Positions 8,920 through 19,406 of a stretch of 64,000 nt of DNA are shown here, one piece after another. The DNA is from a virus: positions 1 through 64,000 of the IMG/VR virus record IMGVR_UViG_3300036766_000806. One strand, given 5' to 3'. A model generated the notes under the pieces. It was not told the origin of the DNA. It did no database searches and saw only the letters and a program-made list of their open reading frames with translations. How positions within the stretch are numbered: the first letter of the stretch is position 1; each line of letters begins with the position of its first letter. The position numbers and the translations under genes are program-made.

Positions 8920-8947
8920 GAAAAAGACGCTGAAAAGCGTCTTTTTC
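8920..8947 (+). terminator. intrinsic terminator, possibly bidirectional
   Basis: Perfect 12-bp stem GAAAAAGACGCT-GAAA-AGCGTCTTTTTC. Confidence 0.85.
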
Positions 8948-8974
8948 ATTTATCAGTTGATATGTATATAGTAT

Positions 8975-9784
8975 ATGGTATATATAAAACAATGCCCTTC
9001 GTGTGAAAAAACTTTGGAGTACCCCGAAAAGTATCTGTATAATCGTTCCATACGAGAAAATAGATCTTGTAGAAGATGTGCGAGCAGAAAAGCAAATAGA
9101 TATAGACGCATAACATCGTTTGTGAGAAAATGCTCTGGATGTGATATTGATTTGGAGTATTCTTCTTATCATAGTTGGTGGTGGGCAAATAGACATAATC
9201 AAGTTTGCCGGGGATGTGCTCACACTGGTAAGATACTGACTGATGAGACAAAACGGAAAATATCATTGGTGGTAAGCGGGAAAGGGAACCCGATGTATGG
9301 GCATCATCATACCAAAAAAGTAAAGCAATTTATATCTCTGAATAATAAAGGAAATAGATCGAAAAGCGGGCAGATTTGTGACGCTGACACTAAAATGAAT
9401 ATGCGTAAGGCTGCCATAAAAAGAATAAAGATACAAGGTACTTCTCGTTCATACAATCCAGTTGCTTGTGATTTTATGGACGCCATAAAAAAGTATAAGT
9501 TCTTACACGCCCGAAACTCTTCTGATGAATATCAATTCAGAGGATACTTTGCGGATGGATATGATAAAAATAGAAATATATGGTTTGAGTACGACGAACC
9601 ACATCATTACAGAAATGGATTACTCAAAAAGAAAGATTTTTTCAGAATGAGAGAAGTCATTGATAATCTTCATTGTCGGTTTCTTCGTTATAATGAACAG
9701 AAAAAAGTGATGATTGAATATTTTTCGGATGAAAATGAGAAACCACTTGACATTACTAAAGTAAGTGGTATATTGATGGCATGA
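8975..9784 (+). CDS. putative homing endonuclease (zinc ribbons + NUMOD3-like repeats + PD-(D/E)XK/Vsr-like domain)
   Basis: CxxC pairs, ETKRKIS..GNPMYG..HT repeats, DGYD..EYDEPHH. Confidence 0.75.
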   Translation: MVYIKQCPSCEKTLEYPEKYLYNRSIRENRSCRRCASRKANRYRRITSFVRKCSGCDIDLEYSSYHSWWWANRHNQVCRGCAHTGKILTDETKRKISLVVSGKGNPMYGHHHTKKVKQFISLNNKGNRSKSGQICDADTKMNMRKAAIKRIKIQGTSRSYNPVACDFMDAIKKYKFLHARNSSDEYQFRGYFADGYDKNRNIWFEYDEPHHYRNGLLKKKDFFRMREVIDNLHCRFLRYNEQKKVMIEYFSDENEKPLDITKVSGILMA

Positions 9785-10344
9785 AAAAACTAATGTGTTT
9801 CGTTCTGATTCTCCTTCTCCCCCTTGCTATTTTAGGCAGTTCTTCCATTGACGGTCTGGCAGAATTGCGCCAGAATATTGCCGATCCCAATGGTTATTTC
9901 CACGACAAAAAGGATCGTTTTACCCTAATTCAAAGGATTGTGGCAAGTGTTTCCAAGACCGAATCCCCCTTCCGCAAGTATTCCGATGGAAGCGTAATGT
10001 ATCTGGGCAAGATGCTTTCCGTATGGGCGGGCATTCTGCCCAAAACTATGGATATGAATGAATTCGTAATTATATTTCATGGTTTTAAGATTTATGATGT
10101 TCTCGATGATGGATGCCGGATCGCTCAGTTCTTGAGCAACGGGAATATTTCTGAAAAGGATATTTTTGTCAAAAATCTTCCCGTCAAAGCGTATTCAGAC
10201 CGTGAATATGGAAATCTTCTAATGCTGCGATATGTCGGCTCTTATGAGTATTTCACCGTCAACGGTTCTTCTCGCACAATTCCTAAATATGAAGCGGGAA
10301 AGGAAATCACGAAAGAGGAGTACTTGAAAGCCTTGGGAAAATAA
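9781..10344 (+). CDS. secreted/exported hypothetical protein
   Basis: MKK plus hydrophobic signal peptide; leaderless promoter at 9747-9774. Confidence 0.7.
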   Translation: MKKLMCFVLILLLPLAILGSSSIDGLAELRQNIADPNGYFHDKKDRFTLIQRIVASVSKTESPFRKYSDGSVMYLGKMLSVWAGILPKTMDMNEFVIIFHGFKIYDVLDDGCRIAQFLSNGNISEKDIFVKNLPVKAYSDREYGNLLMLRYVGSYEYFTVNGSSRTIPKYEAGKEITKEEYLKALGK

Positions 10345-10457
10345 CCTTTAGCCTGTACCCAACCCCACCCTCCTGGCGGGGTCTTTTTTATGCTTGACAA
10401 CATTTCTCAGATTTGCTAAACTATAAGCTGAAATAGTCCAAAAAGGATGGACAAGTT

Positions 10458-10685
10458 ATGTGTGACAATCAAGAAACAAATACCCAAACAGTTATGCCAA
10501 AAACAAAGAAAAACTCAACCAGATTCGGTCTATTTTATCGTTCTAATGGACGATGGGCCGGCCCTTATGCGGGCGCAACCTTCACAGCATATACATTAGG
10601 TAGGAAACCTATCTCAACCGATGTTCATTGGCTCAAGAACTATGTTCTCAAGTCAAGAATCAAAGTTCTGCCAGTAGCATCATAA
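10458..10685 (+). CDS. hypothetical protein
   Basis: 75-aa ORF downstream of a promoter at about 10394. Confidence 0.55.
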   Translation: MCDNQETNTQTVMPKTKKNSTRFGLFYRSNGRWAGPYAGATFTAYTLGRKPISTDVHWLKNYVLKSRIKVLPVAS

Positions 10686-10686
10686 G

Positions 10687-11034
10687 ATGCTGGACAAAAA
10701 AGTTACGACAAGGACGGTTATAGTCAATATGCGGCATCATAAGCCGGATATCGATTGCAGTCGTCCTTCTATTTTTTCAAATCCTTATGTGATAGGAAAA
10801 GATGGAACAAGGGATGAAGTTTGTGATAAATTTATCCCCTATTTCAAACAGAAGTTGACAGATCCCCTCTTTCGTGCTAAAGTACTAGTGTTAAAAGGCA
10901 AGCGGTTAGGATGTTGGTGCCGATGTCTGCCTAGTTGTAATAATCCAAAGTGTAAATCCCACCGTTGTCATTTAGAAACAATAGTAAAGCATCTTGAAGA
11001 AAATGAAAACAAGAGTAATAATCAAAAATCATAA
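10687..11034 (+). CDS. DUF4326-family protein
   Basis: RPSIFSNPY..DGTRDEV..LKGKRLGCWC..CH motif. Confidence 0.8.
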   Translation: MLDKKVTTRTVIVNMRHHKPDIDCSRPSIFSNPYVIGKDGTRDEVCDKFIPYFKQKLTDPLFRAKVLVLKGKRLGCWCRCLPSCNNPKCKSHRCHLETIVKHLEENENKSNNQKS

Positions 11035-11443
11035 ATATGTTTCCCCAAATCAAATTTGGAGGATGGCTATTTTATTCGTGGTTCGGATTAAGCGAAAATA
11101 TAAATAATCATATTCTTTCTACTAATTTCACCAACTACTGTAAAAATTTTGATACTTTAGAAGAAGCAGTTGAAATGCTTAGAAAATATGAGGAACAAAA
11201 AGGGGATGACGGCAAGGTAGTTTGGAAAAATTATTGAAATATGATTGATGATTGGAAAATAAAAGAGGGAGATTTAGTCCAGGTTGATTTCAATTTATCA
11301 CAACATACTTTGAGTAAAGAGGCCGAAGTATTACGTATTCCTTGTGCTACTGGAGATAGTTGGATATTTAGAGATATGCTAACTAAAACTATTTATTATG
11401 TCTCCGAGGGATGTACCATTACGAAATTTTCTCATTCTTCTAA

Positions 11444-12166
11444 ATGAAACCAGAAAATATATTCCTGGTGAGGCATGGTCAATCACAAGGGAATGTTGAT
11501 CGAGCAATATATAAAGATGTTCCTGATTATGCTCTTCAACTGACTAAGTTGGGTCATGAACAAGCCAAAAAAGCTGGTGAAACTCTCAGAGGCATAGTTT
11601 ATGATTCTGGTGTTCAGTTTTATGTCTCTCCTTTTTGGCGCACTCGCCAAACATATGCTGGAATTCGCAAATCATTTGAATATAATAGTCGCTATAAATA
11701 CTACGAAGATCCTCGTTTAAGAGAGCAGGAATGGGGGCAAAGATTTGAGGATAGATCTGGATATCGGGATAATGAAGAAATAGTACGAGATTCTTACGGT
11801 CATTTTTATTATAGATTTGCTGGAGGCGAATCCTGTGCCGATGTATTTGACCGTGTAAGCGACTTCATGGGCACTATGAATCGTGATTTTCAAAAGAAAT
11901 ATTTTCCCCCCAATGTTATCGTTGTAACTCATGGCATGACTATGCGTCTTTTTATCATGCGATGGTTTCATTGTTCGGTCGAGGAATTCGAAACTTGGGG
12001 CAATCCCAAGAATTGTGAATTTTATCATTTGTCTCGCCACGATGATGAAACCTACGAACTGGTCACTCCCATAAGAAAGCATATACTTAAACATTCTTTT
12101 CAGTTTCCGTGGGAAAAATGCGATGAGAAAATGTTTTCGTTCCCGCACAAAATAAAAAATGAATAA
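11444..12166 (+). CDS. histidine phosphatase (phosphoglycerate mutase family)
   Basis: LVRHGQS, SPFWRTRQT, LREQEWG, GGES and VTHG motifs. Confidence 0.9.
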   Translation: MKPENIFLVRHGQSQGNVDRAIYKDVPDYALQLTKLGHEQAKKAGETLRGIVYDSGVQFYVSPFWRTRQTYAGIRKSFEYNSRYKYYEDPRLREQEWGQRFEDRSGYRDNEEIVRDSYGHFYYRFAGGESCADVFDRVSDFMGTMNRDFQKKYFPPNVIVVTHGMTMRLFIMRWFHCSVEEFETWGNPKNCEFYHLSRHDDETYELVTPIRKHILKHSFQFPWEKCDEKMFSFPHKIKNE

Positions 12167-12515
12167 ATACACATTCGGCAAAACAAAAGCATGTGAACGA
12201 TTGGAGCAAATGCTTCAAAATAATAAATCTGCTCATAGGAAAGTATCAAGTTTACTCGGCAGGTTTTCTGTTCAGTTACTAAATATCACTGAGATCCAAG
12301 ACCTCGTTACAGTCCAGTTATGTATGGAAATGTTGAAGGATTATACCTTGAGATTAGTAGACAAAAAGTCTCTTCCTTCAGAATCCCGCAGTTATATTAA
12401 AAACGTGATTATGACAAGATATAGAACACATCGAGATTGTTTCAATGACCTGATTTCATCAGTTTTCCCGATGGAAGAAAAGAAGGACTTGACATCTGGT
12501 GATGAAGTGGTATAA
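12159..12515 (+). CDS. hypothetical protein
   Basis: 118-aa ORF overlapping the previous stop. Confidence 0.6.
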   Translation: MNKYTFGKTKACERLEQMLQNNKSAHRKVSSLLGRFSVQLLNITEIQDLVTVQLCMEMLKDYTLRLVDKKSLPSESRSYIKNVIMTRYRTHRDCFNDLISSVFPMEEKKDLTSGDEVV

Positions 12516-12516
12516 T
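12489..12516 (+). promoter_or_regulatory. sigma70-type leaderless promoter
   Basis: TTGACA-N16-TATAAT; ATG at 12523. Confidence 0.8.
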
Positions 12517-12722
12517 ACTCATATGCTATTTTACATTGAAGCAAAAATTGTCATTCGTGTCCAGGGTATTTCTGGCCCATTTGAAGAGGTAATAGTGTGG
12601 TTGGTAAATGCGCCAACGCTTCCTGTTGCCAAAGCAAAGTTTGAAGCACAGGTCAGACGGGATAAAGCTCGTATGGAAGCCCAATCATTCACATTTGAAT
12701 ATCTAAAAACTGCGGGAACAAT

Positions 12723-13388
12723 ATGACCCTTCGTGAAGCAATAATGGCAGCGGATCTTGATAAGGTCTTTCGTCATATCAATAAAAAAGATAGTAGAAAT
12801 GCTGCCCAGTGTGATCGTCCTTCGATGGAACAAACTATTGAAACTTATACGGCTGTAACCAAAGAACTTCTGGGAAAACCGAGGATTAAGTCGTATCATA
12901 TGCCTATCAACGTTGCGGAAGTCAAAGATCTTATTGATCGGAAAAAGTACATTGATGTTTGTTTCCTCAATCCCAAATATGTCAAACCGCCAAAAGGCGC
13001 AAAACCTTGGGGTGGAAAAAATCCTCCAGAGGGGCATTATAATCTAAATCTTTCCAAATACAATAAGTGGTTTTCTATTGGGTGGATTCCCTGGTCGAAA
13101 ATTATTGATACTCCTATTGTCAACGAAACCAAGTATCCTGTAGAAGTGGTAGTTGCGGAAATCTTATGGGAACTGACTTTCTATGGATGGACCGAGGAAA
13201 AGGTTCAACGCCAAGGTGATAAACTTGAAGAGGCGTTTAAAAAAGCCACGAAAGAAATCAAGGAAGGAAAATGTATAGAACTTCCTCCTAAAAAGAAGGG
13301 GGGATATAAAATAGTCATCCCCGATATAGTTTCTAAACAAATTATCGACACCACCAACAAGTACTCCAAAAAAAGAAAAAAACTATGA
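12723..13388 (+). CDS. hypothetical protein (DUF6557-like)
   Basis: IPWS..ILWELTFYG motif. Confidence 0.6.
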   Translation: MTLREAIMAADLDKVFRHINKKDSRNAAQCDRPSMEQTIETYTAVTKELLGKPRIKSYHMPINVAEVKDLIDRKKYIDVCFLNPKYVKPPKGAKPWGGKNPPEGHYNLNLSKYNKWFSIGWIPWSKIIDTPIVNETKYPVEVVVAEILWELTFYGWTEEKVQRQGDKLEEAFKKATKEIKEGKCIELPPKKKGGYKIVIPDIVSKQIIDTTNKYSKKRKKL

Positions 13389-13913
13389 ACCTTGGTCAAT
13401 TAAAAGAAGCATTGGCAAAACTAGAAGAAATGGACGACAAGGAAGTTCTTCTACTTATTTCTCAAAAAGGAGAAAAGGAGTATGACAATCTCTGCTTTGT
13501 CGGAATGTCCTCCATCCCGGCAAGAAATTCATAATTTTGGGCGGTCTCAGTGAAATCCAGCGTATGGTAAAAAATGGAGAACTCCCAAAACCCGAAGGCT
13601 ATGTCGAACCAAAAGAAACTAATGACGCCACTGGAAGCTCTTAAATTTATGGAAGAAACGGGGAAACCAATCAAACCAGTGGTTGGCCCCGATAAAGATG
13701 CCATAGATATTCAAGGATATTATCAATTATTTCAAAATGAAAAACTTCTAAAATTGATGCCAGCTACTTCTTGTGCCGCAAGAGTGATGAGGGAAGTTTC
13801 TTTATCTTACTGGAAATACTGTGAAAAATTCGATTACTTAAAATTCGAAGAATATGAGCCACCAGGTTTCAGTATTTTTTAGATTCTTTATTTATCCGTT
13901 TTAAAATAATCGC

Positions 13914-13941
13914 TTGACAACCACAAGAAATAGGTTATAAT
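13914..13941 (+). promoter_or_regulatory. sigma70-type leaderless promoter
   Basis: TTGACA-N16-TATAAT; ATG at 13948. Confidence 0.8.
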
Positions 13942-13947
13942 GTAGGC

Positions 13948-14954
13948 ATGATAAAAAGTGACTACTACCAAGTGCTCGAAGCTAATCCAAGAGCAAGGAT
14001 AAGCGTAATCGATGCAGCTTGGCGAGCCATTATAAAGGATGCACATCCAGATGCTGGTGCAAGTGGTGTTTTAGCTCGTGAACTCAATGAAGCTCATGAT
14101 ATTCTAACCGATGTTAAAAAGCGCAAAGAATATGATCGCACTAGGATATCTGATGTTGGAAAAATGATTGGCTCTCTTATGTTGTTAAAGAACTAATTGC
14201 TGAGGGCGGATTTGGACGCACTTACAAAGCAGAACATAAAATCCTCGAAGAATTGGTTTGCATTAAAGATTGTTCCAATGTCTCGATATCAGATACAGGA
14301 ATATTAATTGAGGAATGCAAAGCATTATGGGATTTGCGTCATTATGCTCTCCCCGCCATGCGTGATTTGATTCGATTGGATGATGGGCGAGTATTTCTCG
14401 TGATGAGCTATATTCCTGGCCCTACTTGGGAAAAAGAAGTCAAAAACAGGGGTGCTCTCGATCCTGAATCTGTTGCCTGGATTACAGAACGCATTCTCAA
14501 TGCTCTTAATTATATTCATCGTCATGGCGTAGTTCACGGTGACGTGAAACCACAAAATATCATTGTGCAAGAGGATAAACACATGGCGGTTTTGGTGGAT
14601 TTCGGTCTTTCTGCTGTTAAGCCCACACGAGATTCAGAAACAAAAGGATTTACTCCTTATTTTGCTCCTCCCGAAGAAATAGCTGGCAAGCCGCTTCTTC
14701 CCGAATCAGATTATTATGGTCTCGGGATGACGATGATTTATGCTTTGGCAGGTGGTCCGGAATTTGTTGTAAGAAAACAAGTCCCATACAACGTACCCGA
14801 TGAAATGTGCGATTTTGTCAAACGATTGATTGCACGGGATATCAACTCTCGCCCTCAATATGGCAAAGAAGATCTTTGTGATACTATTGTAGAGTTGCGA
14901 AAAAAGGTCTTTGGACGACGACGCTCGGGACTTAAGCCCATCGGTGTTAGCTAA
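13948..14954 (+). pseudogene. J-domain + Ser/Thr protein kinase fusion, frameshifted near 14176
   Basis: DYYQVL..HPD..LNEAHDIL (J domain); the kinase frame upstream of 14253 reads YVVKELIAEGGFGRTYKA, then HGDVKPQN, DFG and APPEE. Confidence 0.85.
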
Positions 14955-14964
14955 AATAATTCGT

Positions 14965-15498
14965 ATGAAAATAGACACAGGATTAATAACGGATTGGAAA
15001 GTTGCCAGTAAAACCCGCCCTATTAAAGCGAAACCTCTCAGTCTCCTTGTTGATCCCATCGTTGAACCTAAACTTCTTTTGGAAACTCTTGAAGGGAATG
15101 AGTCTCTTCGTCATGGTGCAGTAATTTGTATTGGTGAAGTGGGAGATGTTTGGCAACAAATGCCAGAGAAGCTTTTGAAGAAGTATTCCATCAAAGCCAT
15201 TGATGATAATGGTTGGTCAATATGCGAACCTTTACTTAATAATGCGGTAAATGTCTTTGAAGTTACGGAAGAATTCTATAATAGTATTACGAAAAATTAT
15301 ATTCTCCTCGAAATGTGTACTAAAAAAGGAGATTTTTACATCAATGGTCAATGGGGAGATGATGAACATCCTTTTTTTGGAAAAAATGTTCAATGGGGAT
15401 TTATTGGAGATTTCATTTGTCAAAACCAAACTGACCCAAGTGATGTATGGATTGTGAAACGTAAATTGTTTCTTAATACCTATGTCATTAAGTCATAA
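14965..15498 (+). CDS. hypothetical protein
   Basis: ORF 14911..15498, likely start MKIDTG; two GD/GA-x-IC..DVW internal repeats. Confidence 0.6.
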   Translation: MKIDTGLITDWKVASKTRPIKAKPLSLLVDPIVEPKLLLETLEGNESLRHGAVICIGEVGDVWQQMPEKLLKKYSIKAIDDNGWSICEPLLNNAVNVFEVTEEFYNSITKNYILLEMCTKKGDFYINGQWGDDEHPFFGKNVQWGFIGDFICQNQTDPSDVWIVKRKLFLNTYVIKS

Positions 15499-15728
15499 CA
15501 ATATAACAAAACATGACAACCCTTTATATCATTACTGCTTTTTTATGGAGTATTTACGCCTTGGAACAAGGAAAAATAATGTGTAAAAATCACAACGTTG
15601 ATTTTAGATTGGACAAAAAGATTTTAACTGTTGTGGCCAACTTTATTTTCTGTCCTTTAGCTATTATAATAGCCATACTTCAAGGTAATATTTTAATTGG
15701 AATAAACAAATAAAACAAAAGGAAACAT

Positions 15729-15992
15729 ATGTCTGAATCAGGTGATTATAGTCCGGGTGTCTGGAAAGGACACGACTTCGCAAGTGCTCGTCGCAGTTAC
15801 GATGCTTATGTGGGCAGGAGCTATGGTGATGCTGTCTCCGCTGGTAAAGGAACTAAAGATCTAATTGCGGAAAACGTCGAAACGAAGAGCAGTGCTCCAC
15901 TCGTCATTGTCGTTGACGAAACGGGTAGCATGGGAGACTGGCCCGCCACAATCTTTTCAAAACTGCCTTATCTTGATCTCTCAATGGATTAG
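15729..15992 (+). pseudogene. truncated vWA-domain protein
   Basis: LVIVVDETGSM MIDAS-like motif, then a stop about 20 aa later. Confidence 0.65.
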
Positions 15993-16279
15993 GAAAAAAC
16001 CCCGAAGATGCTTTGACAGATTATTTGCGGAAATTGTTCCGGTTTGGCAAAAGAGTGCGAAGCACATAACAGAAAAAACTTGACCAGTGACCTTTGATAT
16101 GGTATCATTATAAAACAGTGAGACCTTATATAAAAGATGAGTTGCGTGATAAAATTGAAAGTAATCGCCGCTTTCCGCCTAAACTTCGCAAGTTTTTCGC
16201 CAAATTGAAAAGAGAATCACGGCGAGAAAGACGAAAAATAGATAGAAAGGCACTTAAAGATGAGTGGGGATTTTGATTT

Positions 16280-17101
16280 ATGAAAAACGACCTTGGAAAC
16301 AGGATGAAAGAACAGTACGAAAATCGTACTAGATATTCATTACCACGAAGAACCTATACTATCATTCGTTTGGATGGTGCCCGTTTTCACACATATACTC
16401 GTGGCCTCAAAAAACCTTTTGATAAGGATCTTTTTGAGGACATTGATAAATCGATCATTGCTATGTTTCCTGAAGTACAGGGATCAGTATTCGCTTACAC
16501 TCAAAGTGATGAAATCTCAGTGCTCCTTACTGATTTTGCTATGCCGCAAACGGATGCTTGGTTTGACGGAAACTTGCAGAAAATATGTTCTGTGTCGACA
16601 TCCATTTTAACTGCTCAATTCAACCGTTTTCGCTTACAACGCTTTGTTGAAAAGCACTCTCTCAATCTACTAAGAGATGACGCTCCTATTGCTTATTTTG
16701 ATGCCCGAGTATTTACTATTCCTGATAGAATAGAAGTAATGAATTACTTTCTATGGAGAAATAATGATTGTGTTAGAAACTCTGTTTCAATGGTAGCTCA
16801 ATCTCTTTATTCCCAAAAAGAACTTATGGGTAAATCCTCTGCCGAGCAGCAAGAAATGATTCATGATAAAGGAGTAAGTTGGGTTAATGATTTTTCTGCC
16901 AGTGAGAAAAATGGCAGATTAATTGTCAAGGAAGAATATGTAGTTGATTATAAACCAACATATGCATCATTTGATTTTACTAAAGGAAATTCGTCTGTAG
17001 CAGGAGTTGGAACTATTAGAACTCATTGGGTATCTAAAGGTGCTTGGAAGTTCACCGAGGACAAAGAGAAACTATTGGCAATGATTCCAAATTATGAATG
17101 A
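16280..17101 (+). CDS. thg1: tRNA(His) guanylyltransferase Thg1-like protein
   Basis: IRLDG..FH, YTQSDEIS, FDAR and WR..D..RNS motifs. Confidence 0.92.
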   Translation: MKNDLGNRMKEQYENRTRYSLPRRTYTIIRLDGARFHTYTRGLKKPFDKDLFEDIDKSIIAMFPEVQGSVFAYTQSDEISVLLTDFAMPQTDAWFDGNLQKICSVSTSILTAQFNRFRLQRFVEKHSLNLLRDDAPIAYFDARVFTIPDRIEVMNYFLWRNNDCVRNSVSMVAQSLYSQKELMGKSSAEQQEMIHDKGVSWVNDFSASEKNGRLIVKEEYVVDYKPTYASFDFTKGNSSVAGVGTIRTHWVSKGAWKFTEDKEKLLAMIPNYE

Positions 17102-17731
17102 TATAAGTAAAGAAGATAAAGATAAAGCTGATGAACGTGGTTGGCGCATTGAAACCTTTGATAAGGAAGTAGATCGTGGAATACTTCACACTCCGGATTA
17201 TATTTTACGAATATCTCAGATGCGGATTGAACAGACAAATTACTCTAGGCGTTTAGAAGAATATTTCAAAACACTTCCTCCATATGATCCTGATAATCAT
17301 ATTGCCGATTGTGGATGTGTTGTCAAAAATGGTGAACGGATCTATTGGTGTGGCGATCACTACTAAAATCTGAAAAAATGGAAACGATCATGAGTAGTAA
17401 GAAGCATGGTAATAACAACTACTGGACTTTTCTCGAAGATGGATGGAATGGTAAGGAAGTAGCGGTATGGAAAGGACCGGAAGGGCAGGAGGAAGTCATC
17501 GCCAGAGCTAAAGACAAATACGAGGCAAAGCTAATTGTAGATGCTTTGTTGAATTATTCTAACATCGAAGATAAAACCAAGTTTGGAAAAAAAGAAATGG
17601 CATTTCTGGAGTTTGTCGGGGCCAATTGCATAGAACCTTATGCTACAATGGCGGCAAATGCAATTTTATGGAATGACCGGGATGCTTATAATAACTTGAT
17701 TTCCAAATTTCCTGTAATATACTCATAAACA

Positions 17732-18442
17732 ATGTTGAAAGCAAAAATGGAAAAAGGTATGACAAAGAGAAATGAAAAGCGGATATTTGTTATTGACACT
17801 GACTCTTATAGTGGCAATTTTGAAAGAGAAATGTGTGCTTATCTCACTGGTATCGTCGGTGATTGTGAAGTAGGCGATAAGTTTGCTAAACTTTATGTTC
17901 AAGAAACTGGAGATAAATCTGACCAGTTTGGCGAATATGTGGAACAACGCCCCGATGATCATGGATGTTACCGCCCTTGTTATATCTGGACAACTAAAGG
18001 ATGGTTATCTGACGGCGGGGATGGAGCCATAAGAGAAGAAGATTGGAATCAAAAAAAGGCAAATGAAAATTATCGTAAATCTACTGCGGCTATTTATCAA
18101 GGTTATTACAATCAAATTGCTAAAATGGATTTGAATGATCCGGCAGTACAAAAGGCGGGGTGGGATAAAAAATCTAAAGAAAAAGAACTCAAACAACATA
18201 AAAAAGATATTGAGCGTTGTCTAAAAAGTAAATGTCCTAAATATCCTCCTTACAATTCAGTGGCTATTTTCTTTGAAAGAAAGCCAACCGAAAAAATGAT
18301 TGTTTTGATGAAGAGACGTGCCGAAAAATTCGCAGAGGCAAAGCGAAATATGGGCAATTCGTGGGACAAGAATTTCAAGTTGAAAATCTATGGTTTTCGC
18401 CTAATCAAAGAAACCACTAAATCAGAAGAAGAGAAAATATGA
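17732..18442 (+). CDS. hypothetical phage protein
   Basis: 236-aa ORF with IDTDSYSGNFEREMCAY motif. Confidence 0.7.
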   Translation: MLKAKMEKGMTKRNEKRIFVIDTDSYSGNFEREMCAYLTGIVGDCEVGDKFAKLYVQETGDKSDQFGEYVEQRPDDHGCYRPCYIWTTKGWLSDGGDGAIREEDWNQKKANENYRKSTAAIYQGYYNQIAKMDLNDPAVQKAGWDKKSKEKELKQHKKDIERCLKSKCPKYPPYNSVAIFFERKPTEKMIVLMKRRAEKFAEAKRNMGNSWDKNFKLKIYGFRLIKETTKSEEEKI

Positions 18443-18843
18443 AAGCAAAAGAAGCAAGGGCAATAGCAAATAGTTACATTGAAAAAGTAGTTGATGTAAG
18501 AGAAGTGGCTATCCAAAATGCCGTGGATAAAATACTAAAAGATGTAGAAAAGTATGCCCATCAAGGTCAAACTTCTATGTTATTTGCCCCCGGTCTCCGA
18601 TATAGCTGTGATGATGGAACTGTCAAAACACGATTAGAAAAGATGGGATATTATTTCGTAACAGAGAGTGATATGGGAATGAAATACGAAATGATCTGTT
18701 GGTAAAACATTATGAATATATTGATGCCAATCTATTGGACGTTAGTTGGGACAATAAAGATAATACTGATTTTATCAGTGATATTTCTTCTCATAATCTG
18801 GGCAATGAAAAAAGATAAAGAAAGAAATAAGAGAAAATAAGTT

Positions 18844-19329
18844 ATGAAAGCAATTGCCGCAATGGATTTGAATCGAGTAATAGGATATCAAGATAAAATA
18901 CCTTGGCGTCTTGGAGAGGATTTCAAGTGGTTCAAACAACAAACGATGGGCGGCAAATTAATCATGGGAAGAATCACTTATGAAAATGTAGGCACCCTTC
19001 CAGGCAGATTTACATATGTTTTGACTAATAATCTTGAGAAGTTGAAATCTCCCAAAATTTTACCGTCTATTTGGAGTTCATCATTATCTACTGCACAATA
19101 TGTCAATTATAGTGAAATAATCCGACTGAACCAATCATTAGAATTGTGGGTATGCGGTGGAGCAAAAACATATGAACTTCTTCTTCCTCATTGTTGTTTG
19201 TTATTGTTAACGATAGTTCTCGACGAATATGAAGGAGATACCTATATGCCCGAGTTTGAAAGTATCTTTCCATACTCGGAGATAATAAAAGAAACCAAGA
19301 AATACTGGATTGTGAAGTTTTGGAAATGA
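18844..19329 (+). CDS. folA: dihydrofolate reductase
   Basis: IG..IPW..EDFKWFK..T..IMGR.T..LPGR, VCGGA and GDTY motifs. Confidence 0.92.
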   Translation: MKAIAAMDLNRVIGYQDKIPWRLGEDFKWFKQQTMGGKLIMGRITYENVGTLPGRFTYVLTNNLEKLKSPKILPSIWSSSLSTAQYVNYSEIIRLNQSLELWVCGGAKTYELLLPHCCLLLLTIVLDEYEGDTYMPEFESIFPYSEIIKETKKYWIVKFWK

Positions 19330-19406
19330 ACTATATTTTTAGAAATTATGTAATTGGTCTTGGCGCAATTGTTTTTATTTCTCTGATGTGAGGAGATAAA
19401 AAGAAA

